DNA of 64,000 bases from a virus. Below the pieces are notes generated by a model. The model did no database searches and was not told where the DNA came from. It worked only from the letters and a program-made list of their open reading frames with translations. Shown here in pieces: positions 50,230 to 60,712 of this stretch. The DNA lies in the IMG/VR virus record IMGVR_UViG_3300050821_012250, positions 9,382 to 73,381 of that record; one strand, written 5' to 3'. Made by a program: the position numbers and the translations under genes. How positions within the stretch are numbered: position 1 is the stretch's first letter; every line of letters begins with the position of its first letter.

Positions 50230-50484
50230 ATGACCGAAGCTCACCAGACCGAAGAACAACAGTTAAAGGCATGCCCGTTCTGTCAATCGGCTTTGGCACC
50301 CGAAGCCCTTTCGGAGCATGAGATGGAAGATCTTGGCGATTGTGACTGCGACTGCCATGCCAACGCCCACCAGAACTTTGCGGTCTGCTGTTGTGCGAAT
50401 TCTGGCGGATGCGGCGCGATCGGCGGATTCGAAATAAGCAAGCGAGCGGCCATCAAAAAATGGAACGCGAGAGGTGCAACATGA
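50230..50484 (+). CDS. Lar-like restriction alleviation protein
   Basis: LKACPFC...C..CGA.G.....AI..WN.R. Confidence 0.7.
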   Translation: MTEAHQTEEQQLKACPFCQSALAPEALSEHEMEDLGDCDCDCHANAHQNFAVCCCANSGGCGAIGGFEISKRAAIKKWNARGAT

Positions 50485-50689
50485 CTGCAGATCGGCCAAG
50501 CGTTGAAGACATGCTCGCCCAAGCGCGATTGTGGCCACGTGATGGGTTTGGCGAAGGTCTCTGGTTCCACGCCATGGCCGATGAGATCGAAAGGGCGCAT
50601 GCCGACTTGGATCTATTAGCGCGCTCCGGCTGTCGTGTCCGTGAATACAACGGGCGCCGCTTTGTCGAGATCGTATCGGATGTACAGCC

Positions 50690-51253
50690 ATGACAGACAC
50701 TAACCGTTCATCGGAACAGCGGGTACTGCCGTTGATCGCACGCCGTGCGGCGGTTATCAGCCCATGCGAGCTATATCGGTACACCCTGGAGCGCCAGTTC
50801 GGGGATTACGAGGACGGCGCTCCGTATGATGGTGTCGGTTCGATCATGTTCGTCATGCTCAATCCAAGTACCGCCGATGCGGACAAGGACGACCCGACGA
50901 TTCGGCGTTGTCTGGGATTCGCGCATCGCTTTAATTTCCGAGAGTTGCTGGTTGCCAATATTTACTCACTGCGCGCGACCAATCCCGAGGACCTGTGGGA
51001 TTCGTTAGAGGCCGGCATCAAGATCAGAGGCCCTGAGCACGAATACTACTTCGCGGGGCTGGCTTTCCGCGCCCACCGCGTTGTGATGGCTTTCGGCAAC
51101 CATGCGGCATCTCCAGATCGGCGTCTGGCCGAGAAGCTTCTACTGGATAACTTCAAGGGAGATCCGTGCTGCCTCAAAAGGAACAAGGATGGCAGTCCCG
51201 GACATCCTCTGTATCTCCCGGCGAACTCCCAATTCGTAAGGTATGGCGCATGA
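50690..51253 (+). CDS. DUF1643 family protein
   Basis: YRY.L.R, FVMLNPSTAD...DDPTIRR, N.Y..RAT.P and G.P.HPLY. Confidence 0.88.
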   Translation: MTDTNRSSEQRVLPLIARRAAVISPCELYRYTLERQFGDYEDGAPYDGVGSIMFVMLNPSTADADKDDPTIRRCLGFAHRFNFRELLVANIYSLRATNPEDLWDSLEAGIKIRGPEHEYYFAGLAFRAHRVVMAFGNHAASPDRRLAEKLLLDNFKGDPCCLKRNKDGSPGHPLYLPANSQFVRYGA

Positions 51254-52044
51254 GCAAAGAACTGCCGTCCAAGGAACAGCGAACCACTCCAGGCGAGCAC
51301 GGGCATCTCACAACGGCTGACAGGGATGCTTGCCCCGTGTGCAACCCGACCTCAAATCGGAAGTTACATCGCTGTCCCGATTGTAAAAATCAGTTCGTGC
51401 AGCCGTTCGTGTGCACGACCTGCGGCGCCGAGAAACTCTACGACGAAACCGTGCGGTCTCAGGCTGCCACTATTGAGCGGCTGCGCAACACCACCGCCGT
51501 GCTAAAAACCGTCTACAGACTCGCGGGCGGACACTCAATCGAATGCCAGTGCAGGCAATGCGAAATATTCGAGTTGCTGGAGCCCATCGTCGGCAACACC
51601 AGTCAGAGAAACGCCGACGAGACGCCTGCGCTCCCCACGCAAATGCTGTTGGACGCCGTCAATCGGCTCACCGAAGTACTCCACGAATCGGATCACATCC
51701 ATTTGGCAACACTATGGACCGAATTGCAGCGCCTGCGCGTCGGCTCATCGGAGGAACCGACAGGAAGTCGAACCAGTGAGGAGGCCATTCTCAGAGGGTT
51801 GTTGGCTGCCGCTTATTCCGGTAGCAATCTGTACTGCGATGATGGCGAATTGCAGGACGGGGCTGATATCCCTGTCATCGATTATCTACGCGATAGCGTG
51901 CTGGAGATTGAGCGAAAGATTCGGGAGCGCGGCCGGCGCAAGCTTGCTAGCTCACAGGAGAAAGCCACAGCGAAGCGCTGGTGCCCGAGTTCTTTGCATC
52001 AACTCGGCGCCGATGAAACGTGCGATTGCGTGGTTCAGCCGTGA
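51250..52044 (+). CDS. Modular early protein with zinc-ribbon motifs
   Basis: Multiple CxxC motifs and LY.DDGELQD; ATGA-coupled start. Confidence 0.5.
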   Translation: MSKELPSKEQRTTPGEHGHLTTADRDACPVCNPTSNRKLHRCPDCKNQFVQPFVCTTCGAEKLYDETVRSQAATIERLRNTTAVLKTVYRLAGGHSIECQCRQCEIFELLEPIVGNTSQRNADETPALPTQMLLDAVNRLTEVLHESDHIHLATLWTELQRLRVGSSEEPTGSRTSEEAILRGLLAAAYSGSNLYCDDGELQDGADIPVIDYLRDSVLEIERKIRERGRRKLASSQEKATAKRWCPSSLHQLGADETCDCVVQP

Positions 52045-53757
52045 CCGCCGGCGACATCATCCCCATCCTGCTACGCGCCGCGCCTGCTATCGTGCTGACG
52101 TGGTGCCTGATCCGATCCATTCCAATCTGGAGGGCCTATGACTGAGAAGAACGCTGAGCCGATCAATACCAAGTCATTCGGGGTTGTGATGGCACTTTCT
52201 CAACTCACGAATCAGCCACAGCTAGATGGCCTCGGCGAGTTGGGTGAGCTACTCAAGAAGCTGATCGTCACCTCTCAGGAAATCGTAGCTCAGGTATCTT
52301 CGGGCCAACAGGCGGCATCGTGACAATCAGACGCGCGGTTATAGTCTTGTGCGGTCTGTTTGTTCTGGCTGCGCTGATCATCATGGCTCGCCGCACAGCC
52401 GAGACCAGCGCATGGATAGTCGCTGAAGGCCGGGCCGAGACGGGAGGCGCCGTCCTCCCCGTGGGAAAATTCCCAACCAAAGTCGCGTGCGAGACGGAAA
52501 TCGAGCGACGGTTCCCGGGCGCTCCGAAAACGGGTCACTGGTATCTGTCCGAAGGCATCGCGTATGGGTGCTTCTCCTCCAATGTGCCCGAACTGTTGAA
52601 AGAGTCTCGGGTGCCCGAGTGGGACATGATTCATGGAGATCCACCCAAAGACGCGAATGACGTCCCGGCTGAGTGGTGCCCGGCGTCCATAGCTACTGAC
52701 TATGGACAGACGCCCCCGAAGGAAATCGTGACGAACCCGGCGGGATGGTGTCGGACGGGCGATACGATCGGTGTGCCTACGGCTGGCGGATATACAGCGC
52801 AGTGAACGGGGACGATAAGCAATGAGCATGAAAGTTGAAATAGATGCCGTTGATGCCGAATTGCTCAGCGCTCTTCGGAAGTGCAAGGCATCGAGCGTAA
52901 TGGCTTGGGATGTAACTCTCGCGCCGGGCGTGACGATGAAAATTGAAGTAAATTACCCGCTTACGTACATCATTCCGGCTTCGATCATATCGGCTGCCAC
53001 CGCATGTATTTCGGCCAGCATCGAGGCAGCTAAGCCACCGCAAAAGAAATTTCCCTGCACTGGTTGCTATTCGGTACCGTGTGTCTGCGGTCAATTAAAA
53101 CCGGTGAGCGAGGAGCCGAAGCATGGCTAAGTTCAAAGGTCCAACACTGACAGATGCCGCCTACGTGGCGCGACTGCGAAAGGACTATCCCGAGAGATGC
53201 GATGGAAAGGGTGACGAGGAGGTGCTTGCCTATTACAACCCTGCCGGTCACAAGTATGTCGAGTGCACATTATGGGACCACCTCGGAGATGCTGCGTACG
53301 ATTACGAGCGGTTGGCTGATGCTTATCTAGCGCTTCGAGCACAGTCGGGCAAGACATGAAACCACCAAAAGAAGCTCCTGACGTGCTGCTACGTGCAGCG
53401 GACGCCGCTGTTGCGCTATGGCGTACGCGTAAACCATTCGGGAAAAGCATGCGCTACTACGCGGAGCATCCAACTCTAAATTGGGAGTCTGGCGCTCATC
53501 GATTCGCGAAAGCCGCAGCTAAGTGGTGGTTGATACAACATCCACAGCACAGGGGTGAGCAGCCATGAATTTCCTCAAGGTGGCGGATTGCAAAGCGAAT
53601 CGCGACCGGCTGGCAGAACTCGACAGGCTGCCCCGACCACGTAGGGGAAGCCAAACCCACTGTTGGACGTGCGGTCGGTGGTGCTACGAGGTTGACCGCT
53701 GCAACCTGTTCCGGGCGAAGTTCGACTCGACACAAGATTCCATAACAGCAGGTACAA

Positions 53758-54705
53758 ATGCGTGAGTTGGCTCTTTTCGCAGGCGCTGGTGGCGGAATAC
53801 TCGGGGGGGGGCTGCTCGGGTGGCGAACCGTGTGCGCAGTTGAGCGTAATGCCTACTGCGCAGCCGTTCTGGCGCAACGACAAACCGATGGTTGCCTCCG
53901 TCCTTTCCCGATTTGGTCTGACGTTACAACTTTTGACGGTCGACCATGGCGCAGCTTTATTGACATGGTTTCGGGAGGATTTCCTTGCCAGGATATCTCC
54001 GTCGCTGGCAGTGGAGTCGGACTCGATGGCGAACGATCAGGACTCTGGCGCGAGATGGCCCGCATCATTCGCGAGGTGGGACCGCGATACGTCTACGTGG
54101 AGAACTCCCCAATGCTCACTTCTCGGGGACTCGGACGAGTTCTCGGAGACCTGGCCGAACTCGGGTTCGATGCGCAATGGGGAGTGCTCGGAGCGTCCGA
54201 CGTTGGAGCTCCGCACATCCGAAAGCGGATCTGGATTCTTGCCGACGCCCGTAGCAATAGATACGGGAAGCCGATTCAATCAGTCGCCGAGCGAGGGAGC
54301 CGCATTGAGGCCGACGCTGGGCGCCATGGCGAGGTTTGGTCTGTGGCCCACTCCAACGGCGACTTTAGGCACGAAAGGGGGGCGGATAACTCCGAGGAAG
54401 AGCCGGGAGGGCGGGACGCTGATCGAAGCGGTATCAGCGCGTCGATGGCGGACGCCGAATGCCTCGGACGCGACGAAATGGTCGAATCAGTCGATGGAGG
54501 ATCGCCTGACAAAGGGCCAGCAGTTGCGTTTGAACACTCAGGTATCCCCGGAGGGCGGCAAGGGTGGCCAACTGAACCCCGATTGGGTCGAGTGGCTGAT
54601 GGGGTGGCCAATCGGGTGGACCGCATTACAGCCATTGGCAATGGACAAGTTCCAAGAGTGGCAGCAACAGCATGGCGGCTACTCAATCGACGAAACAAAC
54701 GCTGA
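53758..54705 (+). CDS. C5 cytosine DNA methyltransferase (alpha polypeptide)
   Basis: LFAGAGG (motif I), GGFPCQD (IV), VENS (VI), H.RKRIW (VIII) and IGNG (X); no motif IX in this frame. Confidence 0.92.
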   Translation: MRELALFAGAGGGILGGGLLGWRTVCAVERNAYCAAVLAQRQTDGCLRPFPIWSDVTTFDGRPWRSFIDMVSGGFPCQDISVAGSGVGLDGERSGLWREMARIIREVGPRYVYVENSPMLTSRGLGRVLGDLAELGFDAQWGVLGASDVGAPHIRKRIWILADARSNRYGKPIQSVAERGSRIEADAGRHGEVWSVAHSNGDFRHERGADNSEEEPGGRDADRSGISASMADAECLGRDEMVESVDGGSPDKGPAVAFEHSGIPGGRQGWPTEPRLGRVADGVANRVDRITAIGNGQVPRVAATAWRLLNRRNKR

Positions 54706-54733
54706 TACATCCGGAGATAAGCATGGCACCTGA
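53762..54733 (+). CDS. Overlapping +1-frame polypeptide carrying methyltransferase motif IX (beta polypeptide)
   Basis: 323 open codons overlapping the MTase; repeated (W/L)PTP.A units and QLNPDWVEWLMGWPIGWT. Confidence 0.7.
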   Translation: MSWLFSQALVAEYSGGGCSGGEPCAQLSVMPTAQPFWRNDKPMVASVLSRFGLTLQLLTVDHGAALLTWFREDFLARISPSLAVESDSMANDQDSGARWPASFARWDRDTSTWRTPQCSLLGDSDEFSETWPNSGSMRNGECSERPTLELRTSESGSGFLPTPVAIDTGSRFNQSPSEGAALRPTLGAMARFGLWPTPTATLGTKGGRITPRKSREGGTLIEAVSARRWRTPNASDATKWSNQSMEDRLTKGQQLRLNTQVSPEGGKGGQLNPDWVEWLMGWPIGWTALQPLAMDKFQEWQQQHGGYSIDETNADTSGDKHGT

Positions 54734-55333
54734 GAAAGGCCACACCTGTCCGCATGGCGTACCAGATCATACCGAGTGCCAGCGTTGCAAAAGAAACGCC
54801 GCTAGTGCGTCCGGGAGTCATACATGAGCCTCAGTCGAACCGCCAAGTCCGTAAAGCTCGAGCGCTGGGAGATCGAGACCCTGATTGACGCGCTCCTTGA
54901 GAAGAAATATGCAGCGGCCAACAAGGAGGATTACAACGACGCTGACTGCTACAAACGGCGCGTGGAGGAATTGCGCGCGATTCTCGCGGAGCCGCTGGAG
55001 CCTACAGAAAATGGAAACTGACTACACGCTTGTTATTTCGAAACCCGACGAGAGCGGCCAGGTAACCGTCGTATCGCCAGAATTCCCCGGCATTGAGGAG
55101 CATGGCGTCGCGTCTGAGGCCGTCAGTTGGGCGGTAGATGAGATCGACAAAAGGCGCACTCACAATGGATGAGCAGTTAAAGCTGGCCCATGAAGCAATT
55201 TGGGCGATGGTCGATGATGGATGGCTGTACTGCGGACCAGAGGGACTTTGTCCGATACAACAGAAAGTTTACGACTACACGCTTAAATATCCGAGATCAC
55301 CGGACAGCGCAAAGTGTATCGATGGAGAAGGAC

Positions 55334-55924
55334 ATGGGACGTAATCAATACATCGCGCGCAAGATGACGGATGCTCAATATCTGGAATATTGGAAGGCAA
55401 AATGCGTTGTTAGCCCGAGCGGTTGCTGGGAATGGCAGGGGTTCAGGCATCCCGCGCAGGGATCTCGTCAACTACCCTATGCCCAGGCGTCCTATCGCGG
55501 GAGGAATATGGGACTGCACCGGGCAGTCCTACAGATAAAGCTCGGTAGGCCGCTGGCGCAGGGCATGCATGCCTGCCATTCGTGCGATGTGCCCTATTGC
55601 ATTAATCCAGATCACATCTTCGAAGCATCCAACAGAGATAATCAGTTGGACATGATAGCCAAGGGCCGTCATACCAAGCAGAAGCGCACGCATTGTCTTC
55701 GCTATGGCCATCCTCTCAGTGGAGACAACCTACGGATTCGCAATGATGGTCGCAGAGTTTGCAAAGCGTGCGAGACGGTCAAGAATCGGCTGAAAGCCGG
55801 ATGGATGGTAGAGGAGGCTCTTTCCACGCCAATAGTCCGGCCTGGCGAACGCACAGCGCGTCGAACCTTTCAGCATCGGCGCAAAGTGCAACCCTCAACC
55901 GTGAGCGGTGAGCGCACAACATGA
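55334..55924 (+). CDS. HNH endonuclease (paralogue of 49485..50042)
   Basis: SGCWEWQG, HR, ACHSCD...CINPDH, N..D and THC..GH; ATG at 55334. Confidence 0.88.
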   Translation: MGRNQYIARKMTDAQYLEYWKAKCVVSPSGCWEWQGFRHPAQGSRQLPYAQASYRGRNMGLHRAVLQIKLGRPLAQGMHACHSCDVPYCINPDHIFEASNRDNQLDMIAKGRHTKQKRTHCLRYGHPLSGDNLRIRNDGRRVCKACETVKNRLKAGWMVEEALSTPIVRPGERTARRTFQHRRKVQPSTVSGERTT

Positions 55925-56278
55925 TCAATCTCAGAATCCGAATCATTGGGGCCGACTTCGACATTTCACTTGCTATGTGTACCGACGAAGATTTTGAGAT
56001 CGTCGAGCGGATTCTCGCCAGGGCAAAGAGTCTGTTGCCGAAGCTCCCCCTAATCGAATTACCCGCCGTCCCCACGACGGCGGATAAGCCATGACGTTCA
56101 CCAACCCGCACATCATCCTCGCGGCGCTCGCAATGCTCGTCCTGGCCGTCGCCACGCTGTTCTTTGCCGTGGCTGATCTACGGCGAGCCCACAAGCCGCT
56201 TCACATGCGTGAGCCGCCGCACTGCTCGACTTGTTCGTGCGGATGCTCCGGTGAACCACAGTCCGATGAGCATGAGGC

Positions 56279-56307
56279 TTGACTGTGACATGTCACGATG
56301 ATAGAGT
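56279..56307 (+). promoter_or_regulatory. Sigma70-like promoter with a perfect palindromic operator
   Basis: TTGACT-17-TAGAGT with an extended TG; GTGACATGTCAC palindrome at 56285-56296 in the spacer. Confidence 0.75.
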
Positions 56308-56332
56308 AGCGTCACTGGTTAAGGAGATCGAC

Positions 56333-56509
56333 ATGTTCAAATCCATCGTACAACTGAAGAATGGCAAATACCTTTCCGCGCCCCCGGTCGAGGGTAAACG
56401 TCCCAGGCTCACCTCCGTTTCCTCCAAGGCCTACAATTTCGGCAGCCGATCTGCGGCGAATATTGCCCGCAGCATCGCGGGGGCGCGAGTCGAAACCATT
56501 CTGCTGTGA
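56333..56509 (+). CDS. Small basic hypothetical protein (58 aa)
   Basis: Strong TAAGGAG RBS; first gene after the promoter. Confidence 0.65.
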   Translation: MFKSIVQLKNGKYLSAPPVEGKRPRLTSVSSKAYNFGSRSAANIARSIAGARVETILL

Positions 56510-56664
56510 GGACGGCCGCTGAGCGCAAGGCCGCGCAACGAACTCGCCAGGAAGCGCAGGGTCTATCGAAACTGGAATTGTGGCTGCCGAAGGCGCTGCA
56601 CGAAAAGGTCAAAAAGTACGTGGCGCGGCTGATGCGCGCTCACAACCAAACTGGTGGCAAATGA
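56506..56664 (+). CDS. Ribbon-helix-helix-like repressor (52 aa, not in the ORF track)
   Basis: GTGA-coupled start; MRTAAERKAAQRTRQEAQGLSKLELWLPKALHEKVKKYVARL. Confidence 0.65.
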   Translation: MRTAAERKAAQRTRQEAQGLSKLELWLPKALHEKVKKYVARLMRAHNQTGGK

Positions 56665-58969
56665 TTAACCCGATTGTAAGACAAATTGAGAATCTCACGC
56701 CGACAACGGAAGTGACTGACTATAAACGCATTGCATTGGGGTTTCTCGGAAATCCTTGGAGGCGAGTAGCCAGCGGTTCCGGTAAGCCTGAAACGCGTCG
56801 TACGAGGCTACACAGAAGAATCGAACAGGAAACGCGGGATGTCGAACTGGATACATTTGAGGATGGTTGGCAAACGCCGGAAAACCGATATCCATGGATA
56901 AACCGGTAAAACATGCCGAGGGCGTTGTGGGTGGGGGCGATTTGACACTATGCGGGTTCGATGTGGCTGGGGCAGGAATCACTGACGGAGGCGAAGATAA
57001 CATTCCCCCTTTAGTGGCAACAATCGGCGAAACCGTGACGTGCCCTACATGCCGCCAGATCATCGACCAATGCAAACGCTTCAGGCGCTACGTGCTAAAC
57101 GGGTAGCAAATGAAAGCAATGCCGGCAGAAGTTCAACTCGCCCTCGGCAGAATCTTTCTACTCGCGTCGCGACCCGCGCAGCCGGGAGACGTCGAACAGT
57201 ATGAGCGGGCTCGCAAGGTTGTGCTCGATGCCGCCGACGAATTCCAAATCACGCCAGGGCCTGACTATGAGCACTGCTGGGTCCGTGACCGATTCAAAGG
57301 CGCCCAAGGCGACTGAGCACAAGACCAACTATGAGAGCTTTCAACCATTACGACACTGACCCCTACTATATTTCTCCCGAGGAAGAGGGGTGCTTAGAGC
57401 TATTCGAAAGACTGGAAGATGATGAGTCCTTCGTAGAGATGGTTGAGCAGATTCGCGCCGATCGTATCTCCAAAGGCGCCAACCCGGATACAGGATTACC
57501 GGATTCTCAACCGTAGGCGCATAGTCATGCAAGAAGTCAAAGTCATCGAATCACTCCCGAACGGACTTACCAAGGTCGACCTGGGCAACGATGAGCGCCG
57601 AAAGGCACTCTTTGGTAGCGGCGTACTCGATGATCTCGCGCGACACCTCGGTTGCGATTGCGAAAGGTGTCGGCTGAAGGGTGCGAATCAACCAGGAGCG
57701 GAACATGGCGACTGAACCCCTCATCAAGCCCGATGGCTGCGTGTGCAAGGATTGGGAGGAGACAATGCCAAAACTCAACGGGCCGATAGTGCTCGCGTCT
57801 ATCCGCGCCGGCAATCCGAATCTCTATACGGGCACGCCGTTCAGATTCTGCCCATGGTGCGGCGCGAATCTCGCAGAGCTGCGAAAGCTCACTGGCTAAC
57901 TCAGATGAGCGATAAATGCCAGCATGGCGCGGATCGCGACGGCCACAAAAATTGGCCGGATGGCATCGCCTTCACGGAGCCCCTATTCGCATGCTCTTGC
58001 TGTGGAACGCTGTTCTATACGATCTGCTTTGCACATGGACCTGTTGTGAAGGAAGGGCCAGATGGCCGGCTGCGAGGCTATTGGGAAGGGACTTGTTATG
58101 AACCGGAAGATCATTCGCTTTGCGAGAATTGCGGTGGTCGCTACGTCGCGTTCAGCGAAACGTTCGCACGTTCTGTCGAACCACAGTTGCCCACGCTTCA
58201 AGAGCGGCTCGCGGCCTACAAGGCTGCAAAGTTCATGAGATAATTTAAGCGAACATCGCAAATGAAAAACAAAGACCTCATCGCCGCCCTATCAAAAGCC
58301 GATCCAGAACTGTTGATCTGTCAGTTCACCGAAGCTGGTCCAGAGGAAGTTGAAGATGTCTGGATATTCAAAGGATCTCACAACATCAGCATGACTCCCA
58401 AGATGGTATGGGGACGCGCAAATGGTAAATATATCGGAATCGGCAATCCAGGCGATTATGATGTCAGCGTATCGCAGGAGGATTGCGAGCCGATTCAGGA
58501 TTTGACCGAAGACGCCGTTAGGAATTCAAGCGATTCATTATCGCATGAAAAAAACTGGAAAGTCATGAGCGTGACACGCGGTGGCACAGTCAGTCTCATC
58601 AAGGATCTGACTAAAGCCGAAGCCGAATTCATGCGCTGCCGATTGCTGGGTTTACCCGCGACGCCCGAGGAAGCAGCGAGAGAGCGCGAACAGTGGGAAA
58701 GAGCCCATCCACCGGGGCCGAATTATGAGAATAACGGCCAAAATGTAAGCAAGGAACAATGGGCTGAATGGAACAAACAACATCCTTATGCACAGGGCTG
58801 TCGCTATCCCAATGGAGGTTCAAGCTGGGGCGGAGGACGCCTTGTTCAGGACAGCGATATGAAAACGGTGGAAATATTCCAGTGAAAACTGTGAACGCCA
58901 TTGGTTGAAATCTAGCCTGTATTATGAGATAGTGTGCGCGAGCTAGAACGTAATTACAAAAATAGACCC

Positions 58970-59476
58970 ATGAGCAATCTCGAAAAACGCGCCCGCATCT
59001 TCGCCATCAAATGGCACGGAACGCAAGCCAGAAAGTACACCGGTGAAATGTACTGGAAACATCCAATGGCGGTTGCGGAGTTAGTCAAATCCGTGCCGCA
59101 TACCGATGAGATGATTGCAGCGGCATGGCTTCACGATGTCGTTGAGGACACCGCCTGTACTCCGGAGGAGATTGATTTAGAATTCGGGAATCTTGTTTCG
59201 AGTTATGTGTTTTGGCTGACTGATGTAAGTCGTCCGGAACATGGCAATCGGCAAGCACGCAAGACAATTGACCGCGCTCATACTGCCGCGGCGCCGCGCG
59301 AAGCCAAGACAGTGAAGCTCGCTGACCTGATCGACAACAGCAAAAGCATCATGCAGTACGATCCGGATTTTGCGAAAATATATCTCCGAGAAAAACGCTT
59401 GCTTTTGGACGAAGCTCTGAAAGACGGGGATGCCTCTCTCTGGACCATGGCCGATGAAATCGTGAAGAATATATGA
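58970..59476 (+). CDS. HD-domain hydrolase (SpoT/Mesh1-like small alarmone hydrolase family)
   Basis: H..Q.RK.TG..Y..HP..V, AAWLHDVVEDT, LTD and VKLAD.IDN. Confidence 0.85.
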   Translation: MSNLEKRARIFAIKWHGTQARKYTGEMYWKHPMAVAELVKSVPHTDEMIAAAWLHDVVEDTACTPEEIDLEFGNLVSSYVFWLTDVSRPEHGNRQARKTIDRAHTAAAPREAKTVKLADLIDNSKSIMQYDPDFAKIYLREKRLLLDEALKDGDASLWTMADEIVKNI

Positions 59477-59642
59477 AACTCAAAGTCACCCTCACCGTCG
59501 AACGCCAGATCGAAATTCCGTTGGACGCAATCAACAACGATGGCGCAAAACTGATTCAAGCGGTAGAATTTTCAGTGCTCGAAGATCCGAAGGCGTTTAT
59601 TGATGACCGAAGCGCGAAGATTTCGGTCGAGGCGATTCAAAT

Positions 59643-60104
59643 ATGAGCATTACGACGTGGATTCTGCTGATTATTCTCACGCCTGCGGCCGCTTTGTTCG
59701 TTGCGGGTTACATGGCAGCCCTGATGGATCTGGACGATCTGCGTCCGCCGAAGCCGGCGACGGCCCATCGCATCCTGATCCTAGGCTATCACCCAAGGCT
59801 CGCAGGAGGCGTTACCGCGGTCACCCGGACCTTGCTCAAGCGCATGCCAGAAGCGCGGTTACTGCCGCTCAAGCACGCCTATGGGGCTCAAGGCTGGGCG
59901 ATGTACGCCCTCAGCCTATGCGTCCTCCTGTGGGAGATCTGCGCCGTTCGTCGGCCGCTGGTGGCGCATCTGATCGTGGCGTCACGGGGTGATCGGGTGC
60001 GCGGAGTGGTGCCGATTCTGCTGTGCAAGGCGTTCGGGGTGCCGATCTGCGCGCATTATCATACGAACTGGGGGAATTTGAGCTTCCAAAGGAAGCCGGC
60101 ATGA
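59643..60104 (+). CDS. Membrane protein resembling a glycosyltransferase (GT-B) N-terminal fragment
   Basis: N-terminal TM segment; RILILG...GGV....L and ..P...HYH pattern; no C-terminal domain. Confidence 0.4.
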   Translation: MSITTWILLIILTPAAALFVAGYMAALMDLDDLRPPKPATAHRILILGYHPRLAGGVTAVTRTLLKRMPEARLLPLKHAYGAQGWAMYALSLCVLLWEICAVRRPLVAHLIVASRGDRVRGVVPILLCKAFGVPICAHYHTNWGNLSFQRKPA

Positions 60105-60712
60105 GCAATTCAGGCGACGGCGACAAGCGAAAGGTCTCGACAGATGCGCTCGAGACATTGGGAACCATCATCGGACCGAATGAACGGCGGGACGCGATCC
60201 ATATTGCGGTTGAGCCGGTGATTGCCAAGCGTCATCTGCGTCCAGGTGATCACGTACGGGCGGATGGCGATCTGGCGGTCGTAGAGAGCGAAGGTGTCGG
60301 GATTGTCGATCCTTTTCTGCTGAACACCGTCAAACCTGGCGAACGCTTCTGGCTTCTAATTTACCCGCGCCAAATCCATTCGCTCCGGCACGTCTGGACG
60401 CATCCGGCTTTCCCAGATGCGCCGGAGGTTGCGGGGGAGATGCCGAAAATGGGGATTAAATTCATCAGCGAATCGGAAGCGTGGATTCGGAATTATGCGG
60501 CCGAACTGGATTTAGGCTATGAACGGCTGATGTCAGGTGCCGATGAATGGATCGAATCGAGAAAGGACGGTCAGTGGGGAGAATATCTGGTCGATGGAGG
60601 CAATCTGGAAGGGACCAGCACGAAGCCAGAGTTCTGGGATCACTATGCGAAGGTTCGTGGCGTCGAAGTGCCAACGAAAGATCGCGAGAACTTTTTCTCG
60701 TGCAGTTGCTGA
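60101..60712 (+). CDS. Conserved-looking phage hypothetical protein
   Basis: RDAIHIAV.PV, GIVDPFL, FWLLIYP..I.SLRH.W.HPAF and FSCSC. Confidence 0.65.
   Translation: MSNSGDGDKRKVSTDALETLGTIIGPNERRDAIHIAVEPVIAKRHLRPGDHVRADGDLAVVESEGVGIVDPFLLNTVKPGERFWLLIYPRQIHSLRHVWTHPAFPDAPEVAGEMPKMGIKFISESEAWIRNYAAELDLGYERLMSGADEWIESRKDGQWGEYLVDGGNLEGTSTKPEFWDHYAKVRGVEVPTKDRENFFSCSC

Noticed and set aside
58917-58932. SOS box-like CTGT-N8-ATAG upstream of the HD gene
   Set aside because: Mismatch in the conserved CAG half-site and only one such site noticed
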